Assembly: GCF_004010195.1 (NCBI RefSeq)
Contig: NC_057711.1
Location: 76,525,817 to 76,587,816 of the forward strand
DNA length: 62,000 bases
Direction of reading: 5' to 3'
Source: Chiloscyllium plagiosum
Taxonomy: Eukaryota
How positions within the stretch are numbered: the stretch's first letter is position 1; each line of letters starts with the position of its first letter. The notes beneath the pieces were generated by a model. The model was given only the letters and a program-made list of their open reading frames with translations, searched no databases and was not told where the DNA came from. Made by a program: the position numbers and the translations under genes. Below are positions 1 through 12,519 of this stretch, in pieces.

Positions 1-81
1 CAGAGGACCCCAGTGTTTACTGTACTATTTTGAAATGGCAATTTGTGTGTTGCATTCACTTAAAATTGCCAGAGATGGAGA

Positions 82-264
82 ATGATGAGGAGGTGCCAGT
101 GTTAGACTAGGGTGGACAAAGTTAAAAATCACACAACACCAAGTTATAGTCCAATAGGTTTATTTGGAAGTACAAGCTTTCGGAGTGCTACTCCTTTGTC
201 AGATAGCTAGCTAATACTTCAAATAAACCTGTTGGACCATAACCAATTGTTGTTGATTTTTAAC
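82..264. mobile_element. Short fold-back PLE-terminus element (family A) with hammerhead-like motif
   Basis: Arms gttaaaaatcacacaac..ttatagtccaataggtttattt / aaataaacctgttggaccataac..gatttttaac; minus strand 173-203 reads CTGACAA-A-GGAGT-agc-ACTCC-GAAAGCTT. Confidence 0.7.
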
Positions 265-959
265 AAATGGAGTCGATGAAGATGCAAGGTAAGCATGATA
301 AAATGATATCAAAGGATCCATATTATTTGCTTAATGAATATTAAATATCGGCCTGTACCTGGAGGTAACAAGTCCCAAGGACATCATGATGATGATGTAG
401 TGATGCAAACTAATGAGGTGTGAAACCTTTTGGACAGTTTTGAATACATTTGGCTTGGAAAACCCAACTATGCAAAACCATTATGCCAGCTGTAGATATG
501 GTCAGGCTGCATTCAAAAGCAGACAAATTACTGAGATTTAAGAAGCAGGACAGTTTTATGAAGACGTTTTGTCGCAATTTTTGATGGCAATGGCACTATT
601 TATGGTCTTTACATCTTCTTTTAAAGTACATCTGGAGTAATATTCTGTGTCTGCATGTAAGCAAAGATGGTTGAAGTCCTTTGATGGAATCATGACATGT
701 TTTGTCATGTAATAGGACTAAAAAAAAAGCATTTCTTTTCCAAGATGAGACAAAACAAACAAAAAACTTTAGGACTACTCCACTCACTGCAAAATTTACC
801 CATAAATAATGACAAGCCACTTAAGATATTGGGACTTTGAAATGCCAAACCTTTTTCAAACATACTAGGTAACACAAGCTGTATTTTATGTTGGACCTGA
901 TTTGGTTAGGTGTAGGTTTGCTGTCAAATACAGTCTTAACAACGGAAACCTAAATACGG

Positions 960-1695
960 TGTTACAGTATGGGGTAAACCCCTCTGCTAAATTAAACCTG
1001 ACACACAGAGAAGTTCATCTTGTGCCATAATCTGTTAAATCTTGAGAGACAAAGAACTCTCCCAGAGTTCACTATTTAAAATAAAATTAACAATTTTATT
1101 CTTTAAGTCCAAAAGAGAACATCAAACAACTATTTACAACTCCATTCTCTTAAACCTATCTTTTACCTCCCACTCTACAATACTGGTCCAATTTAAACAA
1201 ACCCTGATTAAGATTTACAAAAAGAAAATCATGTTTCAAAACCAGTCAGCTTTGTCAATTCTCCTTTGTAGATTTTCCTCTGTAGATTTTTCTTAAGGTC
1301 AGCTTCAGTGTTCTGCTGCATAAGGTTCTTATGGACAGGTACCTTACAGAGAGCTATTTGGCTAGCAGTTTATACTTGTTGATGTTCTTGGCCGTTCTCC
1401 CCATAACTGTTCAAAATATCCAGTTTTATACCCCAAAATATTGAATCATTTCATTGGTTTGATGTCATCAAAACACTAAATTCAATTTCAATTGGATTTT
1501 TGGTCTCTGGGGCATAATTTAAACAATTTGGCTGAATTTGAATTTGTTTTTGTACCATGGCAACACAGTTCCAGCTATTTGTTTCAACCAAATGTTACAT
1601 TTTTAAATTGTTCAGCACACTATGTGCTCTCAGTCAGTCCTTGCTAACGTCCTCTCTTTCTTAAAGGTACAGTACACACCTACACCTTCATAACA
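960..1695 (-). mobile_element. Solo LTR-like element
   Basis: TGTTA...TAACA termini, 4-bp flanks acgg/acag; minus-strand TATAAAA (~1424-1430) upstream of minus-strand AATAAA (~1094-1100). Confidence 0.7.
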
Positions 1696-1734
1696 ACAGT
1701 GCCAAAGCTATGAAAAATAGCTGCAGGGAATGTT

Positions 1735-2055
1735 GGTATAAGTGTTAATGTTGCTGGACTGGTAATCCAGAATCCCAGGGGATGTAGGTTGGAATTCCAC
1801 CATGGCAGTGGCTGATATTTGAAATTAACAAAATCTGGATTTAAAAATCTAAACTCTTAACAACCATTAGCAAATATTGTAAAACGTAACTGGGCCACTA
1901 ATGTCCTTCAAGGAAGGTTGCCTTCTGTACCTGGTCTGGCCTACATGTGATCCAGACACAGCTATGTGGTTGACTTTTAAATGCTCTCAAATGCCACCTC
2001 AAGATGGACAGATTCTGGCTTTTCTAGTGACACTCACATTCCATGAATGAATATA
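1735..2055 (+). mobile_element. tRNA-headed SINE-sized derivative of the CR1/L2-group LINE family
   Basis: B-box-like ggttggaattcc (~1787), core ccactaatgtcctt..cctggtctggcctacatgtga..atgtggttgactttt, tail gtgacactcacattccatgaatgaat matching the 3' end of the LINE at ~8050. Confidence 0.65.
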
Positions 2056-2716
2056 AGCAAATAAATTATTTCCAATCTACTTTAACAGTCCTTCCAAAAC
2101 TCTGATTTAAATGTGAAGAACGTAATATTTTGAAACTTAATTTAACAAAATAAAACATCCTTCCTACATATATAATTGTTTGACCAAGGTGACATTTGGT
2201 TTAGATTGGGATTTAGAGAATCAACTTTTAATTATTAACTTATGCCAGTCTATTCATTTGACACTTCAGTTTACTTCTGTTCCCTGGTTCCCTGGTTCCA
2301 AAATGTGACGCATTGAGTTTTCCAAAATTCTATGTCCTTGTTAATTAACACACTAGTTAGTCTACTCATTCTTGTTAGGGAACCTTTGTGGGTTAGCATT
2401 CTGGTTAATTGATGACAATCTGAATTCCTGTCTTTAATTAAAAATAGTTAACAACTTCAATGAGTCTTTTGTTGTAGCTTTTCAAGTTTATGATCCATTC
2501 AATTCTCACAAAGGTCTAGTAGCACTCTAGAATTAAGAAGTTTGGGTTAAGAGAACCTTTTTCCTATCAAGACATTTTACAATAGTGGCAATTCCATTAA
2601 CACAAAGAAACAGACAAATTACTAGTAGCTGATTGATTTTGCTGAAAAATAAAACATTAGTGGCAACATTCTTTACCATTACTGCCAGAGGATGTTGTCC
2701 TCACTCATATTATATA

Positions 2717-3364
2717 TGTAACGGTACGATGGTTTTAAGAGTTTTATTTGGTTATGCTCTTTTTTAATGAAGAAAGGTTAAGACAAGTGGTCTACCCAGA
2801 ACCAATAAAGTAAACAGTTGGTGAGGCCTTGGGTTTTTTTTTTAAATTAAAAGTCGGAAAAATAGAAGCAGCCTAAATGGGTGGTGTCAACTCTCACAGA
2901 CCAGGATTTTTAGATTTAGTTTTTCAGTAGCAGTTACCGGTATCTTGAAGCCAGGTTTGGAAGCTGCAATACATCTCTCCCTGCTACTCTCTCTAACAAT
3001 TTTCTTTTGATTTTTTTCCTTCCTAGACTGGAGAATTGTATGTGAGACAATCTGTTTTACTGAAATTGCCTTTGCCAAGGCTGTGTTTAAGGAATGCTAC
3101 TATATTGGAACAGTTGTTGTTTAATAGTTAAATAATCTATTTTTCTGTTGAGCTTTCCAATAGTCTTCCAATTTCTTCTTTCTTTTGTTGTATTTGAACT
3201 ATAGTGTATGAATAAAGTGTGTTTTGCTTCAAGACTGGCAGTTTGACCAATAAAATTGTGTCTGGAACACAATGCCTGGTAATTGTGTATAAGATAAGAA
3301 AAAGTTAGGGTCTAGGCTATCTTCTTAATATATTTTGAGGGGGTTTGGTCTGGCCCATATTGCA
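2717..3364 (+). mobile_element. Solo LTR-like element (same family as 10655-11296, opposite strand)
   Basis: Starts tgtaac, ends ..gggggtttggtctggcccatattgca; tatgaataaagtgtgttttgcttcaag and agggtctaggctatcttctt..ttttgagggggtttg match the reverse complement of 10670-10815. Confidence 0.65.
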
Positions 3365-4652
3365 TAGGCAAGTGAGAACCCTCTGAGGTTTCTGGTAAGA
3401 TAGAGAGCCAAAGCTATATCATAAGGAAAAGGGAGCTTACTTCACTTTCCAACTTTTTTATGCAAATGTGCTAGTGGGGTGGCTAAATGGGTTCATAATA
3501 TTGGCAGTTATGCACATAGATGTTCAGTAAAGTTTATGCTAACAACCCCCTGAGATCAGTAAACCTGGTAAGGTCTGGCAGCAGGTTGAAGAGGTGAACC
3601 AAAATAAGTTTGGAAACTTGCATTTACTGAACAGATTTTTGGACCTTCCAATAAGAAACATATGTTCCTGATGCAGATGACCCGAAAAGCCACAAAATAT
3701 AAATTACTTCCATTTTCTGCCTATATTAAGCCCTGCTAGATATCAAGTGTTTGCCAAAGGTGGCCATGGTAATGGCTCAGAAAAGGATATTGCAGTTTGC
3801 CTCAGCTTTGAGCAATACAGAACATTGCAATTTTTGCAGCAATAGATCTGAAGGAAGTAACAGAGTTGGTCTAATAAAGATGGTACAAAGGATTTTGTAT
3901 ATGATGCAATGGTACTTAAGTAAACAACATAAATTTATATGACAGATTTTCCTCTGCCATTCAGTTACCTCACCCAAAATGCAGAAGACAATCAAAATGA
4001 GAACCTTTCTGCCAATTCTTTGCCAACCGATGGCAGATCAGCATTTTCCTCCCAGATATGTTATTGGTTGTATAGTTCATTAAACTAAATGTGGATGAGT
4101 GTACTGTGATGAGATCTAAATGGTTGGATTACAGCATGTAATTCCTATCAATACAGTATTGCCACTTAGGAAAACCAGTCCGTTCCTGGTGTGCAGGGTG
4201 ATTAAGGTGATGAAAGAATTGAGTGTGCCTACAGCAGAGAAATAACTTTATTTTTAAGGAAAGAAATTGTGGACAAGTCAACACAGATTTCTTTCCTTAA
4301 AAAAATGTTATTTTTTCTGCTGGAGGCACTACCCATTAATACATTGCAGCAGGTATCATTACTATTTTCCTCAACCACCTGAAACCCCTCTCCACAACTA
4401 ATTCAATCAGTCATCTTGCCAATTGCAAACATGCCACTGAGCCTTGCAAAGTTATGAATGTGACCCCAAGCCCAGGAAATTAGAAGAGGTCAAAGGTGCT
4501 GTCACAGAGTCCTCCCAGCCATGTTTACATTGCCTTTGTGGCCAAGAAGAATATCTGTCCTGTGTGCATGGTTTTGTCATGTGCACAAGCAAACTTGCAA
4601 TGAGAAAACACTGCATGTAGCAGTGCTATTAACTATTTGAATTTTAATTTAG

Positions 4653-4739
4653 ATGACACAGGCACCTGTCAAACCTGTAATGATTTGTGCGGGACGTGCA
4701 CAGGAGGTGAATCGAATGAATGCACCAGCTGTCCTTCAG
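4653..4739 (+). CDS. PCSK5: PCSK5 (PC5/6B) internal exon, furin-like Cys-rich repeat (first exon visible in window)
   Basis: tttag acceptor, cag|gtacag donor; translates (D)DTGTCQTCNDLCGTCTGGESNECTSCPS(G); 87 nt, phase 1-1, in frame with next exon. Confidence 0.88.
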
Positions 4740-6266
4740 GTACAGAACTCACAGATTGTATTTTGCTCCAAATAATATCTCATCAGCTATCTATCTTGCT
4801 AAATAAGTGATCTTTGGACAAGAGAATACATCGAAACAATAAGTTCTGTCTTTTGCAGCCACACAGCAAAATTCTTGTCACTTCATAAACTGGTGTTTCT
4901 TTTTCTGACACTTTTGCTAGCTTATCAAATGATTGGGGAAGAGATCACTTTTTTGCTACCTATTATTAGCAATAGGCATTAAGCAAATTTCCTTAATCCC
5001 AAACCTAGAAGTACATTTGTAGTTATGACTTTTCTCTTTTGCGCATATGGTCAGTGAGAGTGAGACTAACCATTTTCTGTCAATCACAATGGATTTGTAG
5101 AGATTTAATATCATTCATTCCCATTAAGAACTAAACAGAGGTTGATCAGTGCACATTCTATGAGAGCCTTGCAACTGTAAGGGAGATAAGAATTTTGATC
5201 TGTCATTTTAGACGAGAAAAAGTCATTTGATTAAATTCAGTCATCTAAGCAACAGCATTTTATTTGCTTTCTCAAAGGGGATACTCTGTTTATTTGCCAC
5301 ATCAGAGACAATAGTCCAGCAGCACTAAATTTATGTTCATAGCACGCAAGCTGAAAAAAATGTCTCATTTTAATGATTGTTTGATGGTCTATTCGAAGGA
5401 CATTGTAATTGAAAATGTGAAAACTGTAGCTCTAAAGTACTATCTTCTTTTTGGCTCAGAAATTGTGCAATGAAAGCATTCGTCAGGGAGAGAAGCTTAG
5501 TGCAGAATTGGTTCTGCATTTTCCAGAATTACAACAGAGCAAGGGGGAGGTGCTTACAGCATGATAACAAGATGTATTATTCCATGACACTAAGACTACG
5601 GGGTACAAGTACAAATTGGTGTAACCATTCAAACGCTCATTAATCAGCATGATGAGACTATAGAGGTGAAGGGGTGATTTTATTACTCAGGTGAGAAGCC
5701 AGAGAGGCTTGAAGCTGACAGACCAGGATATTCCATGGGAGACCAGTCAACTACCAGCTCTGTTTACATATTCCCAACATAGAATAATTCGGAATCCCAG
5801 AGCCTTTCTGCTGGCACTGGCATGAAGCTGGGGAGGGATGGTGGATAGAATGGTGCAGAGTGGAATTGTACTCAATGAGTCCATTTTCCTTCCTTCTGGC
5901 CACAAACATTATGTTTAAAGCTGACCTTTTTTAGGGACTCCACCTCATGCCCATTCCATACAAGAGAGCTTTTGGGATTCAATGTATATTGTAGTATCCC
6001 AATTAGCAACATTACTCATTTGCAGTGGCAATAGGGTTAAACCTGCTGCAGACAGAGAAATGAAGTTGCTCATTGTTAACTATCTTACTGTTTGGTGGAA
6101 ACTATTAAAAACTGCTCTGAGATTGTTTTTGTCTGAAGGGAAGCTAAGATAGCCAAAATAGCTTCCAGCTTCATTCACTGCCAATTATCATCTTGCATCT
6201 TTTGCTGCAATTGTTTATATGATTACAAAAAAAGCATAATTCCCAAAACACTTTGTTCATGTCTAG

Positions 6267-6465
6267 GTCTTTACCTAAATGGCCAAGTCTGTGTTAATGA
6301 CTGCCCGAAACAAACCTTTGCTAGCCTAATCAATGAAAAATGTGAGCCTTGTGAAGAAGGCTGTGAGATCTGTTCAGGAAACAAGAATAACTGCCACCAA
6401 TGTAGCACACGACAACATCGTCCACTTTACCTGCACATGGGGAGATGTTTAAGTGAATGCCCAAT
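6267..6465 (+). CDS. PCSK5: PCSK5 internal exon, Cys-rich repeats
   Basis: ctag acceptor, gtaagt donor; GLYLNGQVCVNDCPKQTF...CEPCEEGCEICSG...PLYLHMGRCLSECP(M); 199 nt, phase 1-2. Confidence 0.93.
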
Positions 6466-6859
6466 GTAAGTGTTTCCTTTCATTACTGTATCTTAAACAA
6501 TCATAAAGTCAATCTAAGTTCCAAACAGCTTTGTAAATTACATTAATGTAGAATTGTTTTCTAAAAGAAAAGTTTGATGCTTAGGTTACTCTAATTATCA
6601 GTGTATTACTTTGAAATTCCAAATGAAAACAACAATGAAGGCTTCAAAGCAGCGATATGTGACAACGTCAATTTCCCAAGACAAACACCACCAATGGACT
6701 TTAAGAGATGGTCTGCAAAGGATTCCTTATTTATATCAATGAAGTCACCAGTGTGGGTCACACATTTCACAGCCTGTGGTGCTGTCTGCTTCTTGAGAAT
6801 TATCATAATTTTATCTCTGTAAGGATACTTGTCAATCCAGAAGGATAGGAAGCAAGAAA

Positions 6860-7830
6860 AGTGTGATGCTGTTAATTAAGAATTACATTATGCACTAGTG
6901 AGAGATGGCCATTAATGTATAACCAGTTTAAGTATAGATAAATAATAGAAATGGGAAAAAGTCACTTGCAGGAATAATTTACAGCCCCCTAACAGGAACT
7001 ATAATGGACTATAGTGTATAGAAGAAGAAATAATGAGGACTTGCAAGAAAGATGAAGTAATAATTATGTAGATTGGATGAATCAGATTGGCAAAGGAAGT
7101 TTGGAAGATAAGTTCATGGAGTATATTTAGAATGGTTCCTTAGAGTAGTACATACTAGAGCCCATCAGAAAACAGACTGTTCTTGACCAGGCAATAAGAT
7201 AAAATAGTGATCTTTTAGTAAAATTGCCTTTAGGCAAGTGATCATAACATGGTTGAATTTTGCATTCTGATTGAGGGAGAGAAGAGTGAGCTGAAGACTA
7301 AATTTAAACAAAAGACATTACAAGTGTATGAAGATAGAGTTGGCCACAGTGAATTGTCAAATTAGATAAGGGATAATTTGACTGATTTCTGTGATGAAGG
7401 GGTTAATTTATGAGGAAAGATTGGATGGACTATGTCCATTTTGGTTGGGTTTACAAGAATGAGAAATGGTCTTATTAAAACTTAAGATCCTGAGGGAAAT
7501 TGATAGAGTGGGTGCTAAGAAAATATTTCCCCTTAGTGGAAGAGACTAAAACTAGACACAGTTTAAAAATAAGATGGAGACAAGAAGATTTTGTTTTTCT
7601 TGAGGATATTGTTAGTCTGTGGAATTCTCTTCCCCAGAGAGCAATGAAGACAAGACTAATGAATATTTTTAAGGTTGAGGTGGATTATTGATCAACAAGG
7701 AAGTCAAAAGGTATCGGGAATAGAGAAAGGGAAGTAAAATTAAGGCCACAAACAGATCAGTCATGACATTGTCAATGGTACCGCAGACTAGAAATGCTGA
7801 ATGGTATGCTGTTTCTTCTACTTTGTCTGT
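6860..7830 (+). mobile_element. Degenerate CR1 LINE fragments (endonuclease region plus 3' end)
   Basis: gcaagtgatcataacatggttgaattt (SDH-like), then 3' end with LWNSLP motif and gatcagtcatga..gctgaatgg tail. Confidence 0.65.
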
Positions 7831-8128
7831 GTGCATGTTTGTACAAAGTATTGCCTTTGGTTTAAGGATATTTGCTCTGACTTTTAGACTAGATTGACAC
7901 TGACACTGTAGGATTTAATCTGAAACATGCGGTAGGCATCTAGCAAACTGAGCTAACTAGCTAACAAATTACAATTACAAAACCAAATGGCTCTAAAATA
8001 ATAATCCCTTAGTTTGTTCAAATGCATTGTTCTCAGAAACTGTCCCGATTTTGTTTTAACTCACTGATGGAATGTGGGTATCACTGGCTGGCCACCGTTT
8101 TGTGCTTATCCCTATTTGTCTTGCGTAG

Positions 8129-8225
8129 TCATGATTTGGAGGTGCCGGTGTTGGACTGGGGTGGACAAAATTAAAAATCACACAACACAGGGTTATAGTC
8201 CAACAAGTTTATTTGGATTTTTAAC
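8129..8225. mobile_element. Short PLE-terminus insertion (family A)
   Basis: Matches the left arm of 82-264; flanked by tttgtcttg(c/a)gtag at 8115-8128 and 8226-8239. Confidence 0.7.
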
Positions 8226-8281
8226 TTTGTCTTGAGTAGGTGGTGGTAAGCTGCTTTCTTGAACTGCTTCAGTCTACAATG

Positions 8282-8373
8282 ATGTGAAGGAGCTATGAAG
8301 GAGCAGTGCTCTGAAAGCTTATATTTTCAAGTAAACATATTGATCCATAACCTGGTCTTGTGTGGTTTTCAAC
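8282..8373 (+). mobile_element. Short PLE-terminus insertion (family A) with decayed hammerhead motif
   Basis: atgaaGGAGCagtGCTCtGAAAGCTT; flanked by tcagtc(t/c)acaatg at 8269-8281 and 8374-8386. Confidence 0.7.
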
Positions 8374-10379
8374 TCAGTCCACAATGCCATTAGGGAGGGA
8401 ATTCTAGGATTTTGACCGAATGACAGTGAAGGAACACTGATATAGTTCCAAATCAGGATGGTGAGGTAACTTGTGAGGGGAACTTGCAGATGTTTCTATG
8501 TATCTGCTGCTCTTCTCCTTCCAGATGGAAATGGTCATGGGTTTGGAAGGTGCTATCTAAGGATCTTTGCTGAATTTCTGCAGTGCATCTAGTAGATGTA
8601 AACACTGCTGCTACTGAGCGTTGGTGATGGAGGGAGTGAACGAATGTGGATATGGTGCCAGTCAAGCAGGAGCTTTGCCCTGGATAGTGTCAAGCTTCTT
8701 AAGTGTTGTTGGAACTGCATTCATCCTGACAGGTGGGGGGAGGTATTCCATCACACTCCTGACTTGTACTTTGTAGATGGTGTACAGGCTTGATGAGTCA
8801 GGAGGTGAGTTAATTGCTGCAGTATTCTTAGCATCTGACCTGCTCTTACAGCCAGTGTATTTATATGGCTAGTCAAGTTCAGTTTCTGTCAATGGTATCC
8901 CCTCAGGATGCTTATATAGGGGGAATTCAGTGAAAGTAATAGCATTGAATGTCAAGGGGCATTGATTTTATTGTCTGCTATTGGAGATGGTCATTGCCTA
9001 TTATTTGTGTAGCAAGAATGTTGGTTGCCACTTGTCTGCCCAAGTCTGGATATTTTCCTGATCTAGTTCCATTTGAACATGGACTACTTCAGTATGAGGA
9101 CTCGCGAATGGTGCTGAACATTGTTCACCAATAATTGCCATTTCTGACCATGTGATGAAGGGAAGGTCATTGACAAAGCAACTGAAGATGGTTGGGCCTT
9201 GGGCACTACCTTGAGGAACTCCGGCAGAGATATCCTGGAGTTGAGATGACTGACCTCCAACAATGGCAACTAACTAGATACTGTGTGCCAAATATGACTC
9301 CAACCAACAGAGTTCACCCCTAACACTCATTGACACAAGTTTTGCTGAGGGTTTTTGATGCCACACTCAGTCAAACGTGGCTTTACTATCAAAGAGATTC
9401 ACTCCCACCTCACCCTCTGGAATTCAGCTCTTGTTGACCATGTTTGAACCAACACTGTGAAGTCAGGCAAAAGCCAAACTGCGTCACTGGGCAGGTCATT
9501 GCTGAGCAGGAGGTGCTTGAAAGTACTGCTGATGACACCTTCCATCACTTTACTAATGACTGGGAGGGAATTATAGGACTGACGGGTGGGAATTGGCCAG
9601 GTTGGATTTATCCTGCTTTTTTGAATACAGGACACATCTGAGCAATTTTTCACCTTGTCAGGTAGATTCCAGTATTGTAGCTATACTGGAAGAGCTTGGC
9701 TAGGGGACAATCAAGTTCAAGAGCACAAGTCTTTTGTACCATTGCCGGAATGTTGTCGGAGCCCATAGCCTTTTCAGTATCTAGTATCTCCACCTATTTC
9801 TTGATATCGCATGGAGTGAATTAAATTTGTTGAAGACCGATATCTGTAATGCTGGGGACCACTTGAGGAGGCCGCAATGGATCATCCACTCGGCATTTCT
9901 GGCTGAAGAATTTGCGAATGCTTTAGCCTTATCTTTTGCACTGTTGTGGTCTTCCATAATTGAGGATGGAGATATTTGTGGAGCCTCTTCCTCCAGCAAG
10001 TTGTTTAATTTTCAACCACCCTTCACAACTGGGTGTGATAGGTGCAGACTTTGATCTGATTTGTTGCTGTGGGATTGCTTAGCTCTGTCTATCACTTGCT
10101 GCTTATGCTGTTTGCCATGCAAGTAGTCCAGCTTGGTAGCTTCACCAGGTTTTTTCACCACATTTTTAGGTATGCTTATGCTTTGCCGTGCCACCCTGCA
10201 CTCTGCATTGAAGAATGGTTCGTCCTTTGGCTTGATGGTAATGGTAGAGATATGGAATATGCCAGGCCATGAGTTTGCAGACTGTGTTGGAATATAATTC
10301 AGATGCTGTTGATGGCCAGTCTTGAATCACTAGATCTGTTCAAAATCTCCCCCAGCTAGCACAGTGATAGTGCCACATA

Positions 10380-11345
10380 ACAGGTTACGTAACGGGATTG
10401 ACAGAGTAAATGCTGAGAGGATGTTTACCCTCATGGGAGGCTCTAGGATCAGAGAGGACTATCTCAGAATAAAGGGGTCCCAATTTATGACTGAGATAAG
10501 AAGGATTTACATCTCTCAGAGGGTTGAGTGCCTTTGGAACACCTTGTCACAAAAAAGCTGCATGGGTAGAGTCTTTGTGTGTATTTAAGATCTCAATAGA
10601 TGGATTCTTGATCCCAGGAAAATAGAGAGTCATGGGGAAAAAATGGGAATATGAAGTTATGACACAGAACAAACCCCCTCAAAATATATAAAGAAGATAG
10701 CCTTGACCCTAGCTTTTTCTTATTTATGAAGGCAAGTATAAGGTGTTGCATTCCGGATACAATTCAGTTGGTCAAAATACCAGCTTCAAGTAAAACACAC
10801 TTCATTCATACACTATAGTTAAAATACAAATAAAAGGAGGAAGAATTGGAATAAAGTAAATCTACTGGAAAACTTAACAGAATAATAGATTATTTATCTA
10901 CTAAACAGCAATTATTTCAATATAGTAACATCCCATAAACACATCCTTGACAAAGGGAAATTCCGTAAAATAGATTGTCTCACATGCAATTCTAGCAGCA
11001 GGAAAAGAACTCAAGCCTTTAGCTGTAACAGAGAGAGGAGCAATAGCTTCCATGTTCAGCTTTAAAATATCAGTAATTACTGAAAGTTAATTTAAAATCC
11101 TAGTTCTGAGGGAGCTTGACCCCCACCTCCTCATGCATCTTCTATCGTTCCAACGTTTTTGAAAGAAAACCCAAGGCTTCACAAGCTGTTTACATTTATT
11201 AGCTTGGAACAGACTGCTCAGCATCTGTGTCTCAAGCTCTCTTCATAAAAACAAACCAAGACAAAATACACCTCTTAAAGCTATAGTATCATAACAGTGA
11301 GGAATATCGAATCAGCCGTGATCCTATTGAATGGCCTACCCCGTT
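10380..11345 (+). mobile_element. CR1 LINE 3' fragment, split by a solo LTR
   Basis: GIDRVNAERMF..ISQRVECLWNTL; 3' UTR resumes after 11296 (atcagccgtgatcctattgaatggc). Confidence 0.7.
10655..11296 (-). mobile_element. Solo LTR-like element
   Basis: (a)gttat...ataaca termini with 4-bp flanks atga/gtga; homologous to 2717-3364 and related to 16518-17162. Confidence 0.7.
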
Positions 11346-12519
11346 GCTTTTTTTAATGGATGTAAGGTGCTAACAATGTTAAGACTCCCAGGTAAAGTGC
11401 AGGCTTTGTTTCTAAGCTGTGACTTATATTGTCTTGCTCCGTACTGTTTCTACGTTGCATGCGATACTGACTCCACTCCCAGGTCAGGGACTGTAAAGTA
11501 TGATTCTGTGTAAGTATTAGTTTTACCATGTCCGTCTCCTGTTTGCTTAGGCTGTGAGACAGCTCTCCTAATTTTGGCATTACACCCAGCTGCTAGTAAG
11601 GTGGACTTTTGCTGGTGTCATTTCTGAATGCCTAGGTCAAAGCCACGTTATCCATCCAGTTTCATTTTTTTTAGACTTTGTAGAATCATTACATTTGTGT
11701 GACCTGCTAGGCTATTTCAGAGTCTGCTGTGGCCTGGACTCCCACGGAGGCCAAACCAGGTAAAGAGAGCTGATTTCTTTTCCAGAAAAGGCATGACTGA
11801 ACCAGACTGGTTTTTCTGTTGACAATGGTTTCATGGTTATCATTAGTCACTTAGTTCCATATTTTTATTGAATTCAAATTCCATCATCTGCCATGTTGGG
11901 ATTCAAACCCAGTTCCAGCTCATTACTTGGGCTTCTGGATTGATACACCTGTAACACCACTGGGCCATCCTCTCCTTGAATACATTCAATTAACCCATCC
12001 TCAAGACTACTTTTGCATACTTGATTTCTCTATTTTTTTATGGATATAGTATAATAGATCTTATGTTTCAGATGTAAAGTTCTTTAATTTTAAAAATTAA
12101 ATTTTAATGGCAATTGCAGTGGGAAAATACAAATTTAATATGGTTAAAATACATAAGATAATTTGTGCTTACTGGATAAAATAAGACTAAATGAGTTCAA
12201 AGTTGTAAAATGGCAATCTTAAGCTAAAGAACTTAACAAAGGATATCTACCGTTACTTAAGTAAAAGAGCGAACGTTTCACGTGGCTTCCAGAATTAAAG
12301 AAAGCTTTGAAATTAAAAGATAGACATTTAGTGGCACTATCTTCGATGCATTCTTCACTATCAACATCCGGGGATTACCATTGACCAGAAACTGAATTGG
12401 ATCAGCCATATAAATATCGTGGATACAAGAGCAAATCAAAGGCAGGAAATTCCCACATGATTTAGCTGCAAAACATCACCTGACTTTCTGCTTTTATTTC
12501 ATTTTATTTAGCTAATTAG

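Larger units (their letters stand above)
8050..11980 (-). mobile_element. CR1/L2-group LINE with tRNA-like 5' head (decayed, with nested insertions)
   Basis: Minus-strand RT motifs GVPQGSAQGPTIFSCFVNDL (~9170-9225) and SLPVISKVMEGV (~9540), EN start PKLGELSHSL (~11560); A/B-box-like head at 11898-11967. Confidence 0.75.

Noticed and set aside
4530..4625. Short Cys-codon-containing stretch just upstream of the first exon as an extra exon
   Set aside because: No furin-repeat Cys spacing and no convincing splice pair
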